From Desulfobacterales bacterium (GTDB lineage Bacteria > Desulfobacterota > Desulfobacteria > Desulfobacterales > JAHEIW01): a DNA stretch of 44,462 bases. Position 1 is the first letter of the stretch, and each line of letters starts with the position of its first letter. The stretch spans positions 1 to 44,462 of the forward strand of contig JASFIG010000002.1 in NCBI GenBank assembly GCA_050122795.1, given 5' to 3'. Of the stretch, positions 33,245-41,800 are shown piece after piece. The notes under the pieces were generated by a model. That model was given only the letters and a program-made list of their open reading frames with translations. It searched no databases and was not told where the DNA came from. A program made the translations under genes and the position numbers.

Positions 33245-34510
33245 ATGAAAAAAGGGGCCACTTATAAGACAATACGGGTGTTTGCGGTTATCCTGGCTGC
33301 TATTCTCATTGCCACCGTACTGGTCATCCTGCGGCCCAAAGCCGAACGCCGCGTGGTGGAAGACAAGGGTCGGTTGGTTGAAGTATTTGCCGCCCGGGCC
33401 GAAAAAGTTCAGATGGTCATTGAGGCTTACGGCACGGTTAAACCGCGCGAGGAATTGCTACTGGTGGCCGAGGTCCGGGGCCAGATTGTTGCCACGGACC
33501 CGACCTTTGAAGAGGGAAATTTTATTACCCGTGGAACCCGGCTGATCCAGATTGATCCACGCACTTACGAACTGGACGTGCAACGGACCAAAGTCCAAAT
33601 CAAACAGGCCCAGGCGGAGATCAAACGTCTTGAGCAGGAGGTCTTAAACCTGCAGGCGCGCATCAAGATTGCCCAATCTGACGTTGCGCTTGCTAAAAAT
33701 GAATATTTCAGATTGAAAAAATTGATCGATCGAAAAGTGATCGCCCAGTCCACCCTGGATAAAACCGAGCAGCAATATCTGGCAAGCCAGGAGCGCTTGC
33801 AGGCGCTCGAAAACCAGCTGGCCCTGACGGGGCCCCAAAAAGAGCAGCTCCTGGCCCAGCGGGATATGGCCAAAGTGATGTTTGAAACGGCTAAGCTGGA
33901 TCTTGAAAGATCCGCTATTATCGCGCCTTTTGACGGTTGGGTTCTGGCAAAGACGATTGAAGTCGGACAGCACGTCACCATCGGGCAGAGCATGGGCCGA
34001 ATCTACAGTACCGGCGAATTGGAAATCGAGGTGCGAATTCCGGTCAAGGATTTTAAGTGGCTGCCGGCGGATATGAACGGGGGAGCCCGCATCGAGGCAG
34101 ATGTTATCTTCGAAAATCAAGGTGCGCAGATCCTCTGGAACGGGCAGGTGACGCGGGTCAAAGCGGAGATGGATGACAAAACGCGCACGCTGCCGGTGAT
34201 CATCGAAGTTGACGCATTATCAGACTCCGGCGAAAACAGCAATGCTTTGCGCCTGCGGCCGGGTATGTTTGTAACTGCCAGGATTAAAGGCAAAGCGGTG
34301 AGCCAGGCCTTCGTCCTCCCGCGCCACCTCGTTTACCCGGGAGATCGGGTTTATACAGTTGAGGGGGACCGTCTCAAAATTAAGTCCGTTGATATATTGC
34401 GCGCGTACAAGGATTCAGTCATCGTCAGCCAGGGTCTCTCGGACGGCGAGCGCATTATCAAAACACCGCTGTCGGACGTCACAGATGGTATGCTGGTTCG
34501 TATTAAGTAA
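33245..34510 (+). CDS. RND efflux periplasmic adaptor (membrane fusion protein, HlyD family)
   Basis: Start set at MKKGATYKTIRVFAV (GGAG SD). It has an N-terminal anchor helix, a coiled-coil hairpin (QAQAEIKRLEQEV...), and beta-barrel/lipoyl-like segments. Confidence 0.85.
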   Translation: MKKGATYKTIRVFAVILAAILIATVLVILRPKAERRVVEDKGRLVEVFAARAEKVQMVIEAYGTVKPREELLLVAEVRGQIVATDPTFEEGNFITRGTRLIQIDPRTYELDVQRTKVQIKQAQAEIKRLEQEVLNLQARIKIAQSDVALAKNEYFRLKKLIDRKVIAQSTLDKTEQQYLASQERLQALENQLALTGPQKEQLLAQRDMAKVMFETAKLDLERSAIIAPFDGWVLAKTIEVGQHVTIGQSMGRIYSTGELEIEVRIPVKDFKWLPADMNGGARIEADVIFENQGAQILWNGQVTRVKAEMDDKTRTLPVIIEVDALSDSGENSNALRLRPGMFVTARIKGKAVSQAFVLPRHLVYPGDRVYTVEGDRLKIKSVDILRAYKDSVIVSQGLSDGERIIKTPLSDVTDGMLVRIK

Positions 34511-34608
34511 CAGAGGTCAGAGGACAGAGGACAGGGGTCAGAGGACAGGGGACAGAGGTCAGAGAATAGAGAACGGATAGGGGTCAGAGGGCAAAAGACA
34601 GAGGATAG
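34511..34608. repeat. CAGAGGN heptamer array x14 (5' arm of the four-helix-bundle cassette)
   Basis: CAGAGGT CAGAGGA CAGAGGA CAGGGGT CAGAGGA CAGGGGA CAGAGGT CAGAGAA TAGAGAA CGGATAG GGGTCAG AGGGCAA AAGACAG AGGATAG runs from the base after the MFP stop to the base before ATG 34609. It supplies the SD GAGGA (34601-34605). Confidence 0.9.
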
Positions 34609-34974
34609 ATGAGCATTCAGAGCGTAAAGGATCTCGAAGTTTACCGGCTCGCATTTGAGCTGGCAATGAAAGTATTTGAACTTACCAAAAAATTTCCGAA
34701 GGAAGAAAAATATTCGTTAACGGATCAAATTAGAAGATCATCTCGATCTGTGCCAGTAAACATTCGAGAAGGATATGCAAAAAGAAGATATGAAAATTTA
34801 TTTATAAGGCATTTAAATGATGCAATGGGTTCATCTGAAGAAACCAGGGGCTGGTTAGATTTTGCGCTTGGTTGCGGCTATATCGATCAAGACGAACGTG
34901 ACGGCCTGGATAAAAAATATGATGAAGTCAATGCAATGTTATACAGTTTAATGAATCGTTGGGAGTCACTGTAG
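34609..34974 (+). CDS. four-helix-bundle protein (23S rRNA intervening-sequence protein / Avd family)
   Basis: 121 aa. DLEVYRLAFELAMKVFELTKKFPKEEKYSLTDQIRRSSRSVPVNIREGYAKR...FIRHLNDAMGSSEETRGWLDFA fits the pattern of this family (TIGR02436 / PF05635, from memory). Confidence 0.8.
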   Translation: MSIQSVKDLEVYRLAFELAMKVFELTKKFPKEEKYSLTDQIRRSSRSVPVNIREGYAKRRYENLFIRHLNDAMGSSEETRGWLDFALGCGYIDQDERDGLDKKYDEVNAMLYSLMNRWESL

Positions 34975-34976
34975 CA

Positions 34977-35094
34977 CAGAGGACAGATGGCAGAAGACAG
35001 CTACAGAAACAAGAATTGGAAAGCGAAGGACTGCCTTCTGACTTTCGATCCTTGATTTCTGATATCTGTCCTCTGACTTCTGACCTCTGACCTC
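34977..35094. repeat. 3' arms of the cassette: CAGAGGA-type x4 followed by complementary TGACCTC-type x9
   Basis: CAGAGGA CAGATGG CAGAAGA CAGCTAC spans 34977-35004. TGCCTTC TGACTTT CGATCCT TGATTTC TGATATC TGTCCTC TGACTTC TGACCTC TGACCTC spans 35031-35093, followed by A9 and ATG 35104. Confidence 0.9.
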
Positions 35095-35103
35095 TAAAAA
35101 AAA

Positions 35104-38100
35104 ATGAAAAAACTGGGTGAGTGGTCGATAAAAAATCACGTGACCGTTAACCTGGTCATGGTCTTCATCATCGTGGCCGGGCTGTTGACGGTATTGAAGA
35201 TGCGCCGGGAGATCTTTCCGCAGTTTGCGTTGGATATGATTGTGGTCAGCGTGGACTACCCGGGATCGAGTCCGGAAGAGGTGGAAGAGGGGATCTGCAT
35301 CAAAGTTGAAGAGCAGATCGAAGGCATCGAGGGAATTGATCGCATGATATCCACCGCCCGCGAAGGCAACGGTGAAATCTTGGTGGAGCTCGAGTCCGGC
35401 ACGGATGTTGCGAAAGTGCTGGATGAGATTAAAGCGGAAGTGGATCGGATCGATACCTTCCCCACCGAAGCCGAGGAGCCGCTGGTGCTTGAGATCATCG
35501 AGCGCGACCCCACCATTTACATTGCCGCTTATGGCGATGTGTCTGAAAGACACCTGCGGCAGGCAGCTGAAAAAATTCGTGATGACCTGCTGGATGCGCG
35601 CATTGTATCGCAGATAGAAACACAAACCGAACGGGGTTTTTTGTCCTCTTTTAAATTCAAGCAACCCGAAGTCATTACCCAAATCGAGCTGGTGGGCGTG
35701 CGGGATTATGAAATTGCGGTTGAAGTGTCTGAAGACAACCTGCGCCGTTACGGGCTTACCTTTGACCAGGTGGTCAGCGCCGTGCGGGCCGGCAGTATCG
35801 ACCTGCCGGGCGGAAGAATCAAGACCGACCAGGGGGAGATTCTGGTCAGATCCAAGGGGCAGCTTTATGTCGGCAAGGAATTTGAAGCCATTCCATTGAT
35901 TACGTTGGCCGACGGAACCGTGGTACAGCTTGGGCAGGTGGCTGCTGTAATTGACGGATTTGCGGACGTCGACATCAAAGCGCGCTTTAACGGCAAGCCG
36001 GCCGCTGTGGTGCGGATCAGCCGCACCAGCGAGCAGGATATCGTTGAAATTGCCGACATCGCGCGAAATTACGTTGCCGTCCACGACTACAGGATGAACT
36101 CAAACATAGACCTGGCCATCTGGGGCGACCTGTCGATTCTGGTGCGCGATCGCATCGATTTGATGCTGCGCAACGGAGTGCAGGGTATTACGCTGGTGTT
36201 TATTGCTCTGGCCCTGTTTTTAAACTTTCGACTGGCTTTCTGGGTGGCCATTGGTATTCCTATTTCGTTTATGGCAGCTTTTTTGGTGCTCAACGCCTTC
36301 GGTCAAACCGTTAACATGATTTCGCTGTTTGCCTTCATTATGACTCTGGGTATCCTGGTGGACGATGCCATTATTGTGGGGGAAAATATCTACACGCACT
36401 ATAATCGGGGCAAATCACCTTCAGCGGCTGTGGTCGACGGCCTCAAGGAGGTCGGCGGTCCGGTGGTTATGGCAGTCTCAACCACGGTTGTCGCCTTTTT
36501 GCCGTTGATGTTTATTGCGGGTATCATGGGTAAATTCATTGCAGTGATGCCCATGGCGGTGATTATCATTTTAATTGTATCCCTGGGTGAAGCGCTGATC
36601 ATCCTTCCCGCGCACCTGCACCATGCATTATCGCGATCCGAGAAAAAAAAGGTTAAAGACAATTCGTGGCTTGAGCGTTTGCGCAAACGCGTTGAGGGAC
36701 TTCTGCAATACACGATTCATCGGATCTATACGCCGGCCATAAACTACGTGGTCAAGAACCGTTACTTTACCTTTTCCATCGGCATTGGTGTGCTCATCAT
36801 CAGCCTGGGTATCGTGGCCGGCGGCTATGTGCCCTTTGTATTTTTTCCCAAAGGCGAAAGTGACTGGCTGATCGCCGAAATCAACTATCCGCTGGGCACT
36901 CCGATCAGCTTCACTGAAAAAACCATTCAGCATTTTGAGAACAAAGCGTTTGATTTGAATACCGCATTCCCCGAGTTTTCGGAAAAAAACGGTGATCTGG
37001 TTCAAAACACTTTTGCCCTGGTGGGGTTGATCCCGCGGCGTGACTGGAAACCTCCGGAAATCGGCAGCCATGTCGGGGAGGTCTGGGTGGAATTGGTATC
37101 CTCCGGGCAGCGCCCGGGCGTGTCCACAAATGACATTTTGAACCGCTGGCGCAGTCTGGTCGGCGAATTGCCCGGTGTCGACCGGCTGGGGTTTCTCACG
37201 CTGGAAGGGGGGCCGGCCGGGAATGCGATCGAAATTCAATTAAGCGGAAAAGATTTTGACCAGCTTAGCCTGGCCGCCGATGAGCTTAAAAAAGAGATCG
37301 AAACCTACCCCGGAACCTATGATATTTCCGACGATTTTAAACCCGGCAAGCAGGAGAAAAAGCTGCGGGTTAAACCCGGTGCGCGTTCTATCGGGGTGAC
37401 CATGCGCGGGCTTGCACGACAGGTACGACAGGCCTTCTACGGAGAAGAGGTTCTGCGTATTCAGCGTGGCCGGGATGATGTCAAGGTGATGGTCCGCTAT
37501 GCGGACCAGCAGCGCAGCAGCCTTTCCGGGTTTGACGAAATGCGGATCCGGACCGAAGACGGCCGCGAAATTCCCATCGAAGAGGTGGCTGATATCACCC
37601 ACGGCCGGGCCTACTCGATCATCCATCGGGTGGATCGTAAAAGGACCGTAACGGTGGTATCCGATATTGATGAAAACACGGCCAACGCCAGCCAGATTGT
37701 GGCCGACCTGAAAGCCAACTTCTTGCCTCAGCTGGTGGAGCGCTATCCGGGTGTTAACTATGATCTGGAAGGGCAGGCCAAACGCACGGGCGAGTCAATT
37801 GACAGCATGCAGTCCGGATATCTGCTGGCCATGATGGGTATTTTTTTGTTGCTGGCCAGCCAGTTTAGATCCTATATCCAGCCGGTCATCATTATGACGG
37901 CAATTCCCTTCGGCCTGATCGGGGCCATCTTCGGTCATCTGGTCATGGGCAAGGAATTTACGATCGTCAGTCTTTTTGGCATTGTGGCGCTTTCCGGAAT
38001 TGTGGTGAACGACTCCCTGATCTTAATTGATTTTATCAACCGGGCAGTGAGCAGCGGCGTCGATGTCGAAACGGCAGTGGTGCAATCCGGCAAGGCCCGG

Positions 38101-38394
38101 TTCAGACCGGTTTTGTTGACGTCCATCACCACCATTGCCGGGCTGTTGCCGATCTTACTGGAACGCAGTTTTCAGGCCCAGTTTTTAATCCCCATGGCCA
38201 TCAGCATCTGTTTCGGCCTGCTGGCGGCCACCTTCCTGACCTTGCTGTATGTGCCGGCGCTTTATCTGATTGTGCGCGATCTTAAAAATGTCGTGATGGC
38301 CAGATTCAAGGGTGCTGAATTAGCGCCTCATCCATCTGCAACCGAAGATCAGATGGCAGTTGACAGCGATCCGGTCATAGAAGAAAGAAAATAG
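35104..38394 (+). CDS. RND-family efflux transporter permease (AcrB/CzcA superfamily)
   Basis: 1096 aa with a 12-TM RND layout. Motifs include SLFAFIMTLGILVDDAIIVGENI and GIVALSGIVVNDSLILIDF. No obvious SD, only an A9 leader. Antisense ORF 34966..36084 is a shadow. Confidence 0.9.
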   Translation: MKKLGEWSIKNHVTVNLVMVFIIVAGLLTVLKMRREIFPQFALDMIVVSVDYPGSSPEEVEEGICIKVEEQIEGIEGIDRMISTAREGNGEILVELESGTDVAKVLDEIKAEVDRIDTFPTEAEEPLVLEIIERDPTIYIAAYGDVSERHLRQAAEKIRDDLLDARIVSQIETQTERGFLSSFKFKQPEVITQIELVGVRDYEIAVEVSEDNLRRYGLTFDQVVSAVRAGSIDLPGGRIKTDQGEILVRSKGQLYVGKEFEAIPLITLADGTVVQLGQVAAVIDGFADVDIKARFNGKPAAVVRISRTSEQDIVEIADIARNYVAVHDYRMNSNIDLAIWGDLSILVRDRIDLMLRNGVQGITLVFIALALFLNFRLAFWVAIGIPISFMAAFLVLNAFGQTVNMISLFAFIMTLGILVDDAIIVGENIYTHYNRGKSPSAAVVDGLKEVGGPVVMAVSTTVVAFLPLMFIAGIMGKFIAVMPMAVIIILIVSLGEALIILPAHLHHALSRSEKKKVKDNSWLERLRKRVEGLLQYTIHRIYTPAINYVVKNRYFTFSIGIGVLIISLGIVAGGYVPFVFFPKGESDWLIAEINYPLGTPISFTEKTIQHFENKAFDLNTAFPEFSEKNGDLVQNTFALVGLIPRRDWKPPEIGSHVGEVWVELVSSGQRPGVSTNDILNRWRSLVGELPGVDRLGFLTLEGGPAGNAIEIQLSGKDFDQLSLAADELKKEIETYPGTYDISDDFKPGKQEKKLRVKPGARSIGVTMRGLARQVRQAFYGEEVLRIQRGRDDVKVMVRYADQQRSSLSGFDEMRIRTEDGREIPIEEVADITHGRAYSIIHRVDRKRTVTVVSDIDENTANASQIVADLKANFLPQLVERYPGVNYDLEGQAKRTGESIDSMQSGYLLAMMGIFLLLASQFRSYIQPVIIMTAIPFGLIGAIFGHLVMGKEFTIVSLFGIVALSGIVVNDSLILIDFINRAVSSGVDVETAVVQSGKARFRPVLLTSITTIAGLLPILLERSFQAQFLIPMAISICFGLLAATFLTLLYVPALYLIVRDLKNVVMARFKGAELAPHPSATEDQMAVDSDPVIEERK

Positions 38395-38745
38395 CTTCTC
38401 GTTTTTATCTAACGAATTTTCTCTCAATCAAGCGCGCATCTCTCATGTTCCCAATTTGAATGTTAGATCTGAATACCTAACAGAAAATCAAAGCCCCTGA
38501 ATTTTAACATCAGGCACGAATTCCACCATAAACAGAGGCTCAAAAAGGTTTGTATTTGTCATTATGTTATCTGCAAAAAAAGCAAAACCTAAAATGAAAA
38601 GCGATTTTTCAAAAACATATTGGTAATGCCGTTTTTGAAGGCTGCATATTAGTTAAGGCAGATAGAAATAATCGAATTTTCCAACAGACGACATCTTTGG
38701 TAGATGGGTTGACAGATTGAAAAAATCATTTAGGAAAGCACAGAA

Positions 38746-38795
38746 TAGAATAAAAACCCGCAATCTCAGAATTATCAGATAGAGATTGCGGGTTT
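38746..38795 (-). terminator. Rho-independent terminator of the pilY1-like gene
   Basis: AAACCCGCAATCTC (38754-38767) pairs with GAGATTGCGGGTTT (38782-38795), a 14-bp perfect stem. On the minus strand it is followed by TTTTTATTC. Confidence 0.8.
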
Positions 38796-38815
38796 AACTT
38801 ACGATTCATCCTGGA

Positions 38816-41800
38816 TTATCTTGCTCTCCAAGAATTAATAAGCATTGGTCTTTCATTTAGATTGGGATCCCTGTTGATGATCTCAGAATTGCTCTTTTGA
38901 ACCAGAACACTGGCCTTTTTCTTCTTCGGGTCGAAATAAAAGACCGGTTCTGAAGGAATCCCCGTACCGATATCGATATGTCTGTCGGTAGCGGCCATTT
39001 CATCCAGGACCAAATCGTCTATGACGCCATACACATAATCGATGGCATATAATCTGGAATCGCCACCGTAGCCGCAAACATCTTGATTGGGCACAAAGGA
39101 GGTAAAGAAAACCACTCCCGAGACAACCAGGGCTTTGCCCAGCACCCGTTCGGCCGGATGAGCTGCCGGTATGTCCAGCTGGATATACCATCCCATATCG
39201 GTTGCTGTGGTTTGGGAGCTGACATCCAGATCATTTTCAAACTGATACTTGGTGATAATGGCTGTTAAATCTTGCAGCTTACCTGTTAAAGAATAGGTAC
39301 CCGTATAATGCCCATCGGCTTGCTTTTTGTCCACCAGGCAGTAGAAGGCATTACGGGTATTATTGTCTTTGTCACTCTCCTCGAGGTAAGCGCCGGTTCC
39401 AAAATAAATCCGCAGATTGCCGTCAGCATCAAAAGCAACTGCCGGTGCAGCGGTGATGGGTTGACCACCGGTGCTAAAGAGCATAAATTTCTTCCATGTA
39501 TCAGCCTGATAGTCATAGAAAAACTTCCACAGGGAACCCTCAGTATCACCGGCATAAATTAAGTCCAGATAGCCGTCCAGGTCAGAGTCGAATGCGGTCG
39601 GAGGCGTCATGCTGTAATAAGGGCTGCCTATAGATTTAGCCTGGGTTTCATCCTCAAGTTTATTGTCAACCCAAATTCCGAGTGGACTGCCGTCGGAGAT
39701 ATCAAAAGCCCCTATTCGCCCTTTTTGGTCAGAATCATGGTACCCGCTGGTGATGATTGCCACCCAATGATCAATTGAGCCCCCGTGGGCTTTGACCTTA
39801 CCCACTGCGGGCACATTGGAAGATAACATTCCTGGAAACGGGATAGCATCCCACAGCACCTCAAAATCACTATGGGACGGATTGGTTACATCCAACGCAA
39901 AGTATTCCTCGCCGCCAAAGCGGTTACCGCCGATCAACATCGTAAGCCATTTGCTGCCATCCCAGACGTCTTTTACATTGACGGTAAGGTCCACATAATA
40001 TTTATGGCAATCTTCCACGGTAAGCGCTTTGAGTTTGGCGTGAAGGTTATAGGGAATAAAGGCCCATTCCTCCTGCCCGGTATCTGAATCAAAGGCATGC
40101 AGCATGCCGTCGTTAGCCCCCACATAGATCATGGTTTTGCGGTTGCTGTGAGCGGACTTGAAGGCCGGGTAACTAGCGAATTCCGGCGGTTCGGACTTAT
40201 ACGGATGATCAAAATACCAGCCCTTGGGCGCACCCACTGTCACCGGTGTGGAATAGACGATATCACCCAACAGCCAGTTGTTACGATCCCTGTATTTGCC
40301 TCCGTCATGAGTGGTGTCGCCACGGATATAATTGATTATATCATTCGCCTCTGCCAGCTCGACTCCCCATTTGAGCGACATGGGATTGCTGACAATAAAG
40401 TCATCTGTGAACTCTATTTTATTGATGAATTCGCTAAGAAGGGGCGTATAGATCTTGCGATCCGCATGGGTGTTCGATACAACCCTGTTGTTGAGCAGCC
40501 CACCGGCTTCCCAATCCGCAGTATCGGTATCATCATATGGCAGGGTAAATCGCTCCAGGTAGCCCCGCCAGGAAGCGCCCGGCAGAAACTTTGCCCGGAA
40601 CAGATAATCGTCGGTACTCGAAGATGTGGTGATGGTGGTCACCGCCGTTCCCGATGATATCTTGGCCATAATGTCCTGAATTGCCGACTGCATGGCATTG
40701 GTCAGCTCGGAAATATTATTTTGCGCCAGGAAAAACTGCCCGCCGCCATTGTCGGCGGCATCCTCCAAAAAAGCCGGTACATTGCCTGCGTCAAATCCAA
40801 AGCCGATCACATAGGTAATGATGTTTTGCTGCTCGGGCAGGTCCGAGCGCATGTCATTTTCATACAAGTACTTGGCCACATCGTCAAAATACTCGACCCG
40901 GCCGCTGGTAGAGCAATCCGTATCTCCCTTTTTGCAATCTTCCGGATCATTGTCGCCGTCATAGTCACCGATGACATCGGTGACAACATTCCAGTCAGAA
41001 TCATAGTTTGATTCGCCGTCGGTTAAGAAAATAATAAAGGTTTTTTGACAGGATTGGGTTATGGGGCTGGTGGAATTAATTGCATTACCTAAATCATCGG
41101 TTAAGGAAGCCGCATAAGGCTCGGTGATACTGTCACCATCTTGGTCATAATTATATGTATAATCAACGCCTTCCTTGTAATAGCCGAAGCCCGCCGGTCC
41201 TTTTCCGACCCGATTCCCGTTTCCATCGATTATCGTTGCAAAGTATCGCCCGGCCGATGCCAGGGTTTCTGCCAAAACCGTCCAGGTCTGGGGATCGTTA
41301 CTGTTCCGATAGCTATAACCGTCTCGGTAACCCGGATCCCCTGGCTGAAGAAGATCCCCCCAATTGTCGATATAGTCGATTAATTCGGTGCCCGGCGTTC
41401 CGCAAGGCCGCAGCAACTTGCCCCCCTGCCTGAAATGCTCACCCTCAAGGGTCTCTATAAAGTTGCTGCCATCCAGGCGCATCAAGCCAAACCGAATATT
41501 GGGATTGTCATTGATGATATTTTTAAACACCGTTTTGGCGGTTTCCCACCGGGAAAGTTCCCAATTGCTATCCACCAGTGTCGCGCCGCGGCCCATCGAC
41601 CCGGAATGGTCCAACACCAGAAGGACATTGGGCCCCACGCCGGCGGTTGCAAACGGCGGTATCGGACAATCGCCTAATCCCGGTGTAATCGTGTCGCCGA
41701 CCGTAACGCTCACATACGCGTGATTGTCGGCTGTGTCGGTGATGGTCACGGTGATCGTCCCCCCCCCGACTGCAAATAGGGTCAGTGTGTCACCGCTCAC

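Larger units (their letters stand above)
34511..35094 (+). mobile_element. IVS-like cassette (inverted heptamer arms + four-helix-bundle ORF) inserted between MFP and RND pump genes
   Basis: A 593-nt gap separates two genes that are normally contiguous. The gap consists only of the ORF and its inverted repeat arms. Mobility itself is inference: I saw no transposase and no target duplication. Confidence 0.4.

Noticed and set aside
34511-34608. Regularly spaced short repeats that could be mistaken for a CRISPR array. This applies equally to the other heptamer arrays at 5467, 28768 and 31154.
   Set aside because: The period is 7 nt with no unique spacers between repeats. The units are contiguous and degenerate, there are no cas genes in the window, and the arrays come as inverted pairs. 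This is not CRISPR architecture.
34609-34974. The Avd-like four-helix-bundle gene as part of a diversity-generating retroelement.
   Set aside because: The window has no reverse transcriptase gene, and I saw no template/variable repeat pair with adenine-specific differences. The gene is flanked only by heptamer arms.
38395-38745. An ORF-free stretch of 350 nt between the RND pump gene and the pilY1 terminator, considered as a possible ncRNA.
   Set aside because: I could not find a convincing promoter-terminator pair or conserved-looking structure by eye. It is left unannotated.
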